Assembly: GCA_016182975.1 (NCBI GenBank)
Contig: JACPFJ010000028.1
Span: 4,948 to 68,947 of the forward strand
DNA length: 64,000 nt
DNA from: Deltaproteobacteria bacterium
Lineage (GTDB): Bacteria > Desulfobacterota > Desulfuromonadia > Geobacterales > Pseudopelobacteraceae
Reading direction: 5' to 3'
Both the position numbers and the translations under genes were made by a program. Below, in pieces: positions 35,430 through 45,062 of the stretch (position 1 is the stretch's first letter; each line of letters starts with the position of its first letter). The notes under the pieces were generated by a model. The model saw nothing but the letters and a program-made list of their open reading frames with translations. It searched no databases and had not been told where the DNA came from.

Positions 35430-36929
35430 GTGTTCAAGAGCCTGACAACCAGAATTATCGTTACCACCATCGCCCTCCTGGTCTGCGGTATCTACATCTA
35501 CACCTTCTTCAACGTGCGCCACCAGCAGTCGCAACTCATCGAGGCCGCCAGGGAGAGCACCGAGCTCCTGCTGCATACGGTCGAGAGCAGTATCTATAAC
35601 ACCATGCACCTGGGGAATGTGCAGGACGTGGGTTCGATCCTTGCCATGGTCGGCCAGCACAACCAGCTGGTCGGTGTCCGCATCTTCCATCCCCACGGTG
35701 TGATTCAGCGCTCGTCCGACCCCTCGGAGGTGGGGCGCGCGGTGAACGTGAACGACTACAAGCTCTTCCAGAGCCCCAAGAATTACGGGATCTTCGACCT
35801 CCCACCCCATGGTGAGGTCCTGACGATGGTCAAGCCGATCTACAACGAGCCGGTCTGCCACACCTGCCACGGCAACAAGGCCAGGGTGATCGGCGTTCTC
35901 GATATCAACTATTCCCTCAGGCGCACCAAGATGCAGATGCTGGAGGCGTCCCGCATCTTCATCTTCTCTTCGGTGGCGATTACCGTTTTCCTGGCCATCG
36001 CCATCTCGCTGATCCTGTTGAAATTCGTCAAACGCCCCCTGGATCGTATCATCGAAAATATGTCGCGGGTGGAAAACGGCGATCTGAGCGTCCGCATCGA
36101 CTACCGGGGCCGGGACGAGATCGGGCGCCTGATAACGAGCTTCAACTCGATGGTTGACCGGCTCGGCGCTACCAAGGGCGAGCTTGAAAAGTACCATTTC
36201 CAGCAACTGGAGCGGGCCGACCGGCTGGCATCCATCGGTGAAATGGCTGCCGGCATAGCCCATGAGATCAAGAACCCGCTGGCGGGTATTTCGGCGGCGG
36301 TGACCATCATCAGGGACGACCTCGCTGACTCCGATCCGCGCGGCGAGATCCTGAGCGAGGTCCTGCAACAGGTGCAGCGTCTGGACAAGACGGTCAATGA
36401 CCTGCTCTTCTTCGGCAAGCCCTCGATGCCGGAACTCGCCTGCATCGACATCAACGAGGTCATCGAGAAGACCCTCAAGTTTGCCTCGCAGCATCGCGGC
36501 TTGTTGAACATCGAAAAACGGCTCGAACTGGCCCCCGACCTCCCCACCGTGTATGCCGACGGCAAGCAGATGCAGCAGGTGTTCCTCAACATCATCCTGA
36601 ATGCCTTCCAGGCCATGGTCGGCGGCGGTACACTGACCATTACCACGTATCTCAGTTCGCACGATGAGCGGGCTTTCGTGCGGATTGACGTTGCCGACAC
36701 CGGCCCTGGCATCCCTCCCCAGGTACTGGAGAAGATATTCACGCCGTTTTTTACCACCAAGGCCCAGGGTACCGGCCTGGGGTTGCCCATCTGCTGCAAG
36801 CTGGTCCGTCTGCACAACGGAGAGATGCGGGTCGCCAGCGACGACAGCAACGGCACCGTCTTCACCGTCGAGTTGCCGGCCTGCAACGTGCACGAGATCG
36901 ATGACGCAAGGGGAGATCATGAAGCGTAA
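35430..36929 (+). CDS. Sensor histidine kinase (TM, periplasmic CxxCH-containing sensor, HAMP, HisKA, HATPase)
   Basis: H-box 'AAGIAHEIKNPL'. 'DTGPGI' and 'GTGLGLPIC'. HAMP 'RPLDRIIENMSRVENGDLS'. The start is ambiguous (ATG 35364 or 35388, or GTG 35430). The sensor contains 'CHTCH'. Confidence 0.8.
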   Translation: MFKSLTTRIIVTTIALLVCGIYIYTFFNVRHQQSQLIEAARESTELLLHTVESSIYNTMHLGNVQDVGSILAMVGQHNQLVGVRIFHPHGVIQRSSDPSEVGRAVNVNDYKLFQSPKNYGIFDLPPHGEVLTMVKPIYNEPVCHTCHGNKARVIGVLDINYSLRRTKMQMLEASRIFIFSSVAITVFLAIAISLILLKFVKRPLDRIIENMSRVENGDLSVRIDYRGRDEIGRLITSFNSMVDRLGATKGELEKYHFQQLERADRLASIGEMAAGIAHEIKNPLAGISAAVTIIRDDLADSDPRGEILSEVLQQVQRLDKTVNDLLFFGKPSMPELACIDINEVIEKTLKFASQHRGLLNIEKRLELAPDLPTVYADGKQMQQVFLNIILNAFQAMVGGGTLTITTYLSSHDERAFVRIDVADTGPGIPPQVLEKIFTPFFTTKAQGTGLGLPICCKLVRLHNGEMRVASDDSNGTVFTVELPACNVHEIDDARGDHEA

Positions 36930-38292
36930 CAAGATACTGGTCGTTGACGATGAACATCTGATCCGCTGGTCGCTGGAGCAGAACCTCAAAAAACAGGGTT
37001 TCGAGGTGGTTACCGCCGGCAGCGGCGAGGACGCCCTGCGTCTCGCCCGCGAGGAAGAGCCCGATCTGGTGCTGCTGGATATCCAGTTGCCCGGCATCAG
37101 CGGCATCGAGGTGCTGGAAAGGCTCAAGGATCATGACGAGGAGGTCGTCGTCATCATGGTCACGGCCCACGGCGGCCTGGAGACGGCGGTCAACGCCATG
37201 CGTATCGGGGCCCACGACTATATCAGCAAGCCGTTCAATCTCGATGAACTCTCCATAATCATCAAAAAGGCACTGGAGACCTCCGACCTCAAGCGCGAGG
37301 TGGCCAGGCTCCGCTACGAGACGAAAAAATCGATCCCGCCCAATATCATCGGCTTCAGCAGACACATGAAGTACCTGATGGAGGTTCTGGACAAGGTAGC
37401 CAGGAGCGAGGCGTCAACGGTGCTGGTGCAGGGTGAATCGGGCACCGGCAAGGAATTGGTGGCCAAGTGGATCCACTACAGCTCGAACCGGGCGGAAAGA
37501 CCCTTCATCGCCATCAACTGCGCCGCGGTGCCGGCCACCCTGCTGGAAAGCGAGCTGTTCGGCCATGAAAAGGGGGCCTTTACCGACGCCAAGGCCACCA
37601 AAAAGGGGCTTTTCGAGTTGGCCGACGGCGGTTCGGTGTTTCTCGACGAGATCGGCGACATGGAGATGGGGATGCAGGCCAAGCTGCTGCGTTTCCTGGA
37701 AGACCGCACATTCCGGCGCATCGGCGGCGGACGTGTCTTCACGGTGGACGTCCGTATCATCTCCGCCACCAACAAGGACCTGCAGAAGGCCATCGAGGAG
37801 AAGACCTTCCGCAACGACCTCTATTACCGCCTGCAGGTGATTCCCATCTTCCTGCCTCCCTTGCGGGAACGCAGGGAGGATATCATCCCTCTGGCCAAGC
37901 ATTTCATCGAGATATATAACAGGGACTTCAATAAAAAGGTCCAGGGGATCGCCGCCATGGCCGAACGCATGATGCACGATTACAACTGGCCGGGCAATGT
38001 GCGCGAGCTGAAAAACGTTATCGAGCGGGCCATAATCCTGGGCAATGACGAGACGCTCCTTCTGGAAAACCTGCCGTTGGAGATCACGGCAGGGGCGGCC
38101 CCCCAGGGTGATGAGCCCATGGCGGCGTTTCGCCTTCCACCCGAGGGCATCGATATTGAAGAGGTCGAAAAGGACCTTATCCGCCAGGCCCTGGAGTGTA
38201 CCGAGTGGAACCAGTCCAAGGCGGCAAAAAAACTCAATCTGGGCATTGACGCGTTCCGCTATCGGATGAAGAAATTCGGTTACCTGAAATAG
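36919..38292 (+). CDS. Sigma-54-dependent response regulator (NtrC family)
   Basis: Start at MKRNKILVVDDE (ATG 36919), overlapping the kinase stop. 'LLDIQLP', 'SKPF', 'GESGTGKE' and 'GAFTDA'. C-terminal HTH. Confidence 0.9.
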   Translation: MKRNKILVVDDEHLIRWSLEQNLKKQGFEVVTAGSGEDALRLAREEEPDLVLLDIQLPGISGIEVLERLKDHDEEVVVIMVTAHGGLETAVNAMRIGAHDYISKPFNLDELSIIIKKALETSDLKREVARLRYETKKSIPPNIIGFSRHMKYLMEVLDKVARSEASTVLVQGESGTGKELVAKWIHYSSNRAERPFIAINCAAVPATLLESELFGHEKGAFTDAKATKKGLFELADGGSVFLDEIGDMEMGMQAKLLRFLEDRTFRRIGGGRVFTVDVRIISATNKDLQKAIEEKTFRNDLYYRLQVIPIFLPPLRERREDIIPLAKHFIEIYNRDFNKKVQGIAAMAERMMHDYNWPGNVRELKNVIERAIILGNDETLLLENLPLEITAGAAPQGDEPMAAFRLPPEGIDIEEVEKDLIRQALECTEWNQSKAAKKLNLGIDAFRYRMKKFGYLK

Positions 38293-38349
38293 TCTTCCAA
38301 CAGGAATTTTCTCTTGATTTGCCTTGCAATCTGACGTACCGTTCAATTT

Positions 38350-38982
38350 ATGAACGGTATCGATAGCGGCGTCACTGACGATGTGAAGGCATTCCAACTC
38401 CTCTCCGAGGTGACGGATGAGCAGCCCATTTCCCAGCGTGAACTGGCCAGGCGTCTGGGCATCGCCCTGGGGCTGGTCAACTCCTACATCAGGAACTTCG
38501 TGGCCAAGGGGTTCATCCGTGTCAAGAACTATCCCCGCAACCGTTACGCCTATCTGCTGACCCCCCAGGGCGTGGCCGAAAAGGCCAGGCTCGCCTGCCG
38601 GCATGTCCATTACTTCACCAACCTGTACACGGTTACCCGTCAGGCCTATCTGCAGCTCTTCAGGGAGCTTGCCGAACGCGGAATCGCGCGGGTCGCGTTC
38701 TGCGGCGTTGACGAGGTCGCCGAGATCGCCTGGCTTTCGCTCAGGGAGGTCGGCTTGGACCTGGCGGAGGTTATGGATGACGATCGCGCCGGGAGCGCTT
38801 TCATGGGGAGGGAGGTCGTAACGCTGGCCCGCGGCCTCTTGACGGGCAATCATCTGGTTGTGATCACATCGTTGAAGCGGACGGAGCAGTTGAGTGAGCG
38901 CTTGCGGGAACTGGGCATCGTCGCCGAGGTCATCCACCACCCCGCCCTGTCCGGTACGGTGGAGAACGGTCACGATAATTAA
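38350..38982 (+). CDS. Winged-helix (MarR-like, EPS-locus-associated type) regulator with a C-terminal Rossmann-like domain
   Basis: 'ISQRELARRLGIALGLVNSYIRNFVAKGFIRVKN..RYAYLLTPQG' is a wHTH. It sits at the head of a glycan cluster. Confidence 0.55.
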   Translation: MNGIDSGVTDDVKAFQLLSEVTDEQPISQRELARRLGIALGLVNSYIRNFVAKGFIRVKNYPRNRYAYLLTPQGVAEKARLACRHVHYFTNLYTVTRQAYLQLFRELAERGIARVAFCGVDEVAEIAWLSLREVGLDLAEVMDDDRAGSAFMGREVVTLARGLLTGNHLVVITSLKRTEQLSERLRELGIVAEVIHHPALSGTVENGHDN

Positions 38983-39171
38983 ACCTAAATTCTGTAAACC
39001 TCACCACAGAGACACAGAGGGCACAGAGAAAATCTTTTTAGTTACAATACATTAGACATGTATATCAAGGGTTATGCTGCTCACCCTTTTGGTGATTAAT
39101 CTATTTAAAAAAATCTCTGTGATTTCTCTGTGTTCTCTGTGACTCTGTGGTTGAAGTGCCGTTTTCAGGTT
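38982..39171. mobile_element. MITE-like element, copy 2
   Basis: AACCTAAATTCTGTAAACCTCACCACAGAGACACAGAGGGCACAGAG ... CTCTGTGACTCTGTGGTTGAAGTGCCGTTTTCAGGTT. The ends are nearly identical to copy 1. It starts at the stop codon of the regulator. Confidence 0.7.
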
Positions 39172-39193
39172 AAACATCTTTGGAGGCGTTTGA

Positions 39194-40234
39194 ATGATGG
39201 ACAAGCAGGCGAAGATTTTTGTGGCCGGACATCGCGGCATGGTGGGATCTGCCATCGTGCGCCGTCTCCGGGCGGAAGGGTACGGCAACCTGCTGCTCAG
39301 GACGCGGGACCAGCTTGACCTGCGGGACCAGGCGGCGGTGGCGGCCTTCTTCCGCGAAGAGCAACCCGAGTATGTCTTTCTTGCCGCCGCCAAGGTCGGC
39401 GGCATCCTGGCCAACAGCAGCCAGCCGGCCGAATTCATCCACGACAACCTGCAGATCCAGTGCAACACCATCCACAACGCCTGGCTCAGCGGAGTGAAGC
39501 GGCTCCTCTTCCTGGGAAGCACCTGCATCTACCCGAAACATGCCCCCCAGCCGATGAGGGAGGAGCATCTCCTCACCAGCCCGCTGGAGCCGACCAACGA
39601 CGCCTATGCCGTGGCCAAGATCGCCGGCATCTACCAGTGCCGCTCCTACAACCGCCAGTACGGCACCCGTTTTCTGGCCGCCATGCCGAACAACCTCTAC
39701 GGCATGAACGACAACTTCGACCTGGAGAAGTCGCACGTCATGCCGGCCCTGATCAGGAAGTTCCACGAGGCGAAAGCGAAGCGTGAGGAGTTAGGCGTGA
39801 GGCGTGAGGACAACCCCTTACCCCTCACCCCTCACCCCTCACCTGACCGCGAAGCGGTCGTCGTCTGGGGAAGCGGTTCGCCGCTGCGCGAATTCCTGCA
39901 TGTGGATGACCTGGCCGACGCCTGCCTGTTCCTGATGAACCTGAACGATGCACCCTACGATGTGCTGCTCCACGACCCTCTTGCGCCGGCCCTGATCAAC
40001 GTCGGTTCCGGTGAGGAGCTTGCCATCCGTGACCTGGCGCTTCTGGTGAAACGCGTGGTCGGTTTCGAGGGTGAACTGGTTTTCGATGCCGGCAAGCCGG
40101 ACGGAACCCCGCGCAAGCTGGCCGACGCCTCGCGTATCCACGCCCTGGGGTGGCGCCACCGGATCGGGTTGGAGGAGGGGGTTAGGGCGACGTACGAGTG
40201 GTACAGGGATAATGTGGCGGTAGCCGGCCGGTGA
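39194..40234 (+). CDS. fcl: GDP-L-fucose synthase (GDP-4-keto-6-deoxymannose 3,5-epimerase/4-reductase) carrying a 21-codon repeat-derived insertion
   Basis: '[16 protein letters not shown]', 'YAVAKIAG' and '[18 protein letters not shown]' match Fcl/WcaG. 346 aa. Confidence 0.9.
   Translation: [346 protein letters not shown]
39781..39843. repeat. Nine-heptamer (63-nt) palindromic array inside the fcl coding sequence
   Basis: GCGTGAG GAGTTAG GCGTGAG GCGTGAG GACAACC CCTTACC CCTCACC CCTCACC CCTCACC. It encodes '[21 protein letters not shown]'. Confidence 0.85.
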
Positions 40235-41574
40235 AGGACGAGGGCCTTCTGCGGTTGCTGCCCCGCGTTGTCCGCTCCGCCCTGGAGGGACGGGAGGAAG
40301 TCAGACAGGTAATCGGCAATACCGGGTGGCTCTTTGCCGACAAGCTCATGCGCATGGGCGTGGGGCTGCTGGTTAGCGTCTGGGTCGCCCGCTATCTGGG
40401 GCCGGCGCAGTTCGGCATGCTCAGTTATGCGACAGCATTTGTCGCATTGTTCGGTGCGCTGGCCACGCTTGGCCTGGACGGAATCGTCGTGCGGGAGTTG
40501 GTGCGGAACCCGGACGACAGCCAGGAGATCCTCGGCACCGCATTTGCACTCAGGCTGGCAGGCGGTCTCCTGGCCCTGCTCATGGCGGTTGCGGTTGCAT
40601 CCTGGCTGCGTCACGGCGAGCAGACGCTGCGCTGGCTGGTGGCGATCATTGCCGCCGGGGCGGTCTTTCAGGCCTTTGACGTGATCGATTTCTGGTTCCA
40701 GGCCAATGTCCTCTCCAAGCATACGGTCATGGCGAAGAATGCGGCCTTCAGCGTTGCCTCCCTGGCAAGGGTCGGGCTGATCCTCTCGCATGCGCCGCTT
40801 ATCCTTTTTGCCGGCGTTTCACTCCTGGAAGTCGTTCTAGGCGCCGCCGGCCTGATCATCGTCTACCGGCGCAACGGCGGCTTCCCCGGGGAGTGGCGCA
40901 GTAACGCCGCCCGCTGCCGCCGGCTTCTGGGCGACAGCTGGCCCCTGATACTGAGCGGTTTCTCGGTGGCCATCTACATGAAGATCGACCAGGTGATGCT
41001 CGGTGAAATGGCCGGTGACCGTGTGGTTGGCATCTATTCCTCCGCCATCCGCATCTCGGAGATATGGTACTTTCTCCCCATGATCATCGTGTCATCGGTA
41101 TTTCCCGCCGTGATCCAGGCCAAGGAGCGGGATGAAGGCCTTTACGTCCGGAGGATGCAACGCCTCTTCAGGCTGATGACGGCCATCTCCCTCGCCATAG
41201 CGGTGCCGATGACCTTCCTTTCCGAGTGGGTGGTGGTCACGTTGTTCGGCCAGGGGTTTGCCGCTGCCGCGCCGGTGCTTGCGATCCATATCTGGGCCGC
41301 GCTCTTCGTGTTTCTGGGTGTAGCACAGGGGCCATGGGATCTGGCGGAGAACCTTACCAGGCTGGCGCTCTTCCGGATTTCATCCGGTGCGTTCATCAAC
41401 GTGGTGCTGAATGTTTTCCTGATCCCCGCTTACGGAGCGGTTGGGGCGGCCGTGGCGACGGTCGTCTCCCAGGCTTTTGCCGCGGTATTCCTGAACGTGG
41501 TCCATGTAAAAACGAGGGGGATATTTTTCGCCCAACTCAGGTCGTTCCTTGTTTTCCGCTCCGGCCATCAGTAG
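40231..41574 (+). CDS. Polysaccharide flippase (Wzx/MOP superfamily)
   Basis: 447 aa with about 12 hydrophobic segments. 'NTGWLFADKLMRMGVGLLVSVWVARYLGP.QFG' is a typical Wzx N-terminus. GTGA overlap with fcl. Confidence 0.75.
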   Translation: MKDEGLLRLLPRVVRSALEGREEVRQVIGNTGWLFADKLMRMGVGLLVSVWVARYLGPAQFGMLSYATAFVALFGALATLGLDGIVVRELVRNPDDSQEILGTAFALRLAGGLLALLMAVAVASWLRHGEQTLRWLVAIIAAGAVFQAFDVIDFWFQANVLSKHTVMAKNAAFSVASLARVGLILSHAPLILFAGVSLLEVVLGAAGLIIVYRRNGGFPGEWRSNAARCRRLLGDSWPLILSGFSVAIYMKIDQVMLGEMAGDRVVGIYSSAIRISEIWYFLPMIIVSSVFPAVIQAKERDEGLYVRRMQRLFRLMTAISLAIAVPMTFLSEWVVVTLFGQGFAAAAPVLAIHIWAALFVFLGVAQGPWDLAENLTRLALFRISSGAFINVVLNVFLIPAYGAVGAAVATVVSQAFAAVFLNVVHVKTRGIFFAQLRSFLVFRSGHQ

Positions 41575-41652
41575 GAAGAGACTGCGTACAGCGAATTGTA
41601 TCGTCTGTTCGAGGATTGTTAATCTCCATCCCTGTCATGGGAGAAAACGGTA

Positions 41653-42573
41653 TTGACTGGAACCCCTGTCGCCTTTCTGATATTCAATCGGCCCGACACG
41701 ACCGCGCGGGTTTTCGAGGCCATCCGCCGTGCACGGCCTGCCAGGCTGCTGGTGGTTGCCGACGGACCGCGGTCCGGACGGCCGGATGACGCGAGGCTTT
41801 GCGCCGAGGTGCGTGCCGTCATCGACAGCGTGGACTGGCCGTGCGAGGTCCTTAAAGACTTCGCGGAACGGAACCTGGGGTGCAAGAAGCGTGTCTCCAC
41901 GGGGCTCGACTGGGTGTTCAGCCAGGTGGAGGAGGCGATCATCCTTGAAGACGACTGCCTTCCGCATCCCGGCTTTTTCCCGTTCTGCGAGCAGTTGCTG
42001 GAGCGCTATCGGGACGACGAGCGGGTGATGATGATCGGGGGAACGAATTACCTGCTTGACCGGCTCGCTATAAAGGAAAGTTACTTTTTCTCCCGCTATT
42101 TTCCCATCTGGGGATGGGCTTCATGGAAAAGGGCCTGGAGCAGATATGATATTGCCATGAAGGATTGGGAAAGGTTCAGGTCGGAAAGGCAGTTGAACTC
42201 ATTCTATTCGCAGAGGTTCATGCGGAGCTATGTCACCAACATGTTCGATGCCGCCCATGACAACCGCATCGATACCTGGGATATCCAATGGTTCTACTCC
42301 TGCCTCTTCAACAACGGCTTATGCGCTGTCCCGCGTGTCAATCTGATCTCCAATATCGGGCTGGCAGGCACCCATACGTCAGGAGATACATCTAACAATC
42401 TGTTCCCGCTGTTCGATATCGAGGTTGATGATTTGAGGCATCCGCAGCAGGTGTATCCGAATTTTTTATACGACAATGAGTTCTTCGCAAAAAAACTCAA
42501 GCCCGGTGCGAAGGATTTGCTGAAAAAGGTGTATGCGGCGATGTGGAAAAAATACCGGACATCGGTTTTGTAG
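41653..42573 (+). CDS. Putative GT-A-fold glycosyltransferase (HlpA/GNT-I-like)
   Basis: 'VAFLIFNRPDTT..VFE.I...P.RLLVVADGPR' and 'ILEDDCLP' (DxD-like) recall this family. TTG start. Lower-GC block. Confidence 0.45.
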   Translation: MTGTPVAFLIFNRPDTTARVFEAIRRARPARLLVVADGPRSGRPDDARLCAEVRAVIDSVDWPCEVLKDFAERNLGCKKRVSTGLDWVFSQVEEAIILEDDCLPHPGFFPFCEQLLERYRDDERVMMIGGTNYLLDRLAIKESYFFSRYFPIWGWASWKRAWSRYDIAMKDWERFRSERQLNSFYSQRFMRSYVTNMFDAAHDNRIDTWDIQWFYSCLFNNGLCAVPRVNLISNIGLAGTHTSGDTSNNLFPLFDIEVDDLRHPQQVYPNFLYDNEFFAKKLKPGAKDLLKKVYAAMWKKYRTSVL

Positions 42574-42585
42574 GTCAGAAACGAC

Positions 42586-43614
42586 ATGGCCAACAAGAGA
42601 ACTCTGCATTTTGTCTATTCAACGCCGCAAGGCCTTGCGGACAAGATAATCATGGCGCTGTTCAGGAAAAGGGTGGACCATCCCTCATGGGAGCGGTATG
42701 CATGGCCCGACCCGGTGCGGGCGCCGCTGTCGATCACCTACCAGATCGCACGTCATTTTTCGTCGCGCTACCGGATCAGGCTGTACGACTTGAGAGAACG
42801 GACCACCATAGAGCCGGACAAGGGGGACATCCTGCTCGGCCATATGTGGCCGGACCCGCAATCCGTCATGTGGCGCTCCCTCGGCGCGAAGAACTTTTCG
42901 AAGAGATACGTCATTGCCCCGTATAACCACGAGCCGCGGCAGGTCCTCTGGTTTCGCCAGGCTGTCGAGCAATGCGACAAATACTTCGCCATCTGCGGCA
43001 AATACTGGATCGACACCTTTGACCGCTCCCCTTTCAGGGACTTTGCGCACAAAATCGTGCATCTGAACATGGCGCTGGATGCAAGGGATTACCCCTTTGT
43101 CAAAAGGGGCTTCAACCCGCCGGGGCGCAGGAGGTTCTTCTATATCGGGCGTTACGGCCGTTACGGCGATGAAAAGGGGATCGGCCTGCTTGAGCGCCTG
43201 GCCGGGGAGATTCCGGGGTTTGCCGGCGGCTATATCTGTGAAGGGGGGGAGATCAGGGGATGGGAAAGGATCTCCGCGCCGACGAGGCTGACTCCCGAAT
43301 TCATCGCCAGGATTGCCGAGGACTATGACTGTTTCATCAACATGAGCAGGGCGGATGCCCAGGCGACTACGGTGCTCGAAGCCATGAGCTGGGGGTTCCC
43401 GGTGGCATGCACCAGGGAGAGCGGCTATGCGGATGGAGACCTGTTTTTCCTGGACCTGGAGGATGAACGGGGCAACATGGAGACCATCCGCAAGATCCAG
43501 GGCTTGAGCGAGAGGGAGCTGACGGAAATCTCGATCAGTAACAGGCGGGCGGTCGAGACGAGGTACAGTTGGGAGAGCTTTCTTTCGACGCTGGAGAAAA
43601 ATATCGCTGAGTGA
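42586..43614 (+). CDS. Putative GT-B-fold glycosyltransferase
   Basis: C-terminal 'FINMSRADAQATTVLEAMSWGFPVACTRESG' resembles the E-x7-E region of GT1/GT4 enzymes. Confidence 0.5.
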   Translation: MANKRTLHFVYSTPQGLADKIIMALFRKRVDHPSWERYAWPDPVRAPLSITYQIARHFSSRYRIRLYDLRERTTIEPDKGDILLGHMWPDPQSVMWRSLGAKNFSKRYVIAPYNHEPRQVLWFRQAVEQCDKYFAICGKYWIDTFDRSPFRDFAHKIVHLNMALDARDYPFVKRGFNPPGRRRFFYIGRYGRYGDEKGIGLLERLAGEIPGFAGGYICEGGEIRGWERISAPTRLTPEFIARIAEDYDCFINMSRADAQATTVLEAMSWGFPVACTRESGYADGDLFFLDLEDERGNMETIRKIQGLSERELTEISISNRRAVETRYSWESFLSTLEKNIAE

Positions 43615-43621
43615 GGGGGAT

Positions 43622-44227
43622 GTGATGGTGAAGAAAGAGGCGCTCGAGCGCATTCTCATTACCCGGGAAAAGTTTTTCGAAGTCGAGAGCGAGATCCGTT
43701 TCCACGAACATCTGCGCCGTTACGCCGCCGTAAGAAGGTTTTGCTACGGCAGGGTCCTGGATTTTGCGTCGGGCTGCGGATACGGTTCCTTCCTGCTGTC
43801 CGCAAACCCCGATGTGGAATCGGTTACCGGCATAGACAAGGACAGCGACGCCATTGCCTGGGCTCGCAAAGAGTTCAAGGGCGACAAGACGGATTTCAGA
43901 TGCCAGGACATCGAGGAGGTGAACGAAAAATACGATACCCTTGTCAGTCTGGAGGCGATAGAACATTTCGACGACGTATCGCTGATCCCCAGGCTTGCCG
44001 CCAGGTGCGGGGTTGACAACGTGATCGTCTCCTACCCGAACAAGAAATCCACCCACTTCAACAAATACCACGTGCATGATTTTTCAAATCAGGACATCGT
44101 GAACCTGATGGAGGGGTATGTCTGCTATCATGGTTTCACCATGGGGGACGTGCAGTTTCTCCTCTTCACCAGGAAGCCGCTGAAAGCGCCGGCACACCTG
44201 TACAGAAATCTGATCGACCTGAGATGA
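43622..44227 (+). CDS. Class I SAM-dependent methyltransferase
   Basis: Motif I 'RVLDFASGCGYGSFLL'. 201 aa. Confidence 0.7.
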   Translation: MMVKKEALERILITREKFFEVESEIRFHEHLRRYAAVRRFCYGRVLDFASGCGYGSFLLSANPDVESVTGIDKDSDAIAWARKEFKGDKTDFRCQDIEEVNEKYDTLVSLEAIEHFDDVSLIPRLAARCGVDNVIVSYPNKKSTHFNKYHVHDFSNQDIVNLMEGYVCYHGFTMGDVQFLLFTRKPLKAPAHLYRNLIDLR

Positions 44228-44267
44228 CCGCAGGAGATGACGTCTGCCGCGGGAAGGAAGACGCAGC

Positions 44268-45062
44268 TTGAAATGTAATATCTGTTTTTCCGGCACGGAA
44301 CCTTTCGCCCGCGCCCTGATGCTCGGCCGCTATGAGGTCGCCTACTACAGGTGCGCCGGCTGCGGGTTTGTCCGGACCGAGGAGCCCTACTGGCTGGAGG
44401 AGGCCTATGCCGACGCCATCACCGGCAGCGACGTCGGGCTGGTGCGGAGGAACCTGCGCCTGGCAAAGAGCACCGCCGCGCTCGTCTCGGCGTTCTTCGA
44501 CCGCAAGGGGCGCTTTCTGGACTATGGCGGCGGCTACGGCCTGCTGGTGCGCCTGCTGCGGGACGCGGGGCTGGATTTCCACCACTTCGACCGCCACTGT
44601 CAGAACATCTTCGCCCGCGGATTCGAGGCGCACCCCAACGACGGGGAGAACTTCGAGCTGCTGACCGCCTTCGAGCTTTTCGAGCATCTGCCGGACCCGG
44701 CGGCGGAGCTGGACTCCATGCTGCGCCTCTCCCGGAACATCCTCTTCACGACCACCCTGCTCCCCGAGCCGGCCCCGCTGCCGGGCGCATGGTGGTATTA
44801 CGGCCTGGAGCACGGGCAGCACGTCTCGTTCTATTCCATGAGGTCGCTGCAGCGGCTGGCCGAACGTTTTTCGCTCCACCTCTGCAGCGACGGCGCGACG
44901 CGCCACCTGCTGACCGAACGGCGCATCCCGCCGCTTCTGTTCAGGGCGGTTTCGAGATACAAGGTGGCCCTGCTTTTGGAGGCGCTGAACCGCCGGCGCC
45001 CCCTGACCGACGACGATTACCGGCTGGTTTCCGGGGACGGTGCGCCGGAGGGGGGGCGATGA
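44268..45062 (+). CDS. Class I SAM-dependent methyltransferase with an N-terminal zinc ribbon
   Basis: 'CNIC...CAGC' then 'FLDYGGGYGLLVRLL'. TTG start. Confidence 0.65.
   Translation: MKCNICFSGTEPFARALMLGRYEVAYYRCAGCGFVRTEEPYWLEEAYADAITGSDVGLVRRNLRLAKSTAALVSAFFDRKGRFLDYGGGYGLLVRLLRDAGLDFHHFDRHCQNIFARGFEAHPNDGENFELLTAFELFEHLPDPAAELDSMLRLSRNILFTTTLLPEPAPLPGAWWYYGLEHGQHVSFYSMRSLQRLAERFSLHLCSDGATRHLLTERRIPPLLFRAVSRYKVALLLEALNRRRPLTDDDYRLVSGDGAPEGGR

Noticed and set aside
39781-39843. Calling fcl a pseudogene because of the internal repeat
   Set aside because: The insertion is exactly 63 nt, the frame is kept, there is no stop codon, and the conserved Fcl motifs continue downstream.
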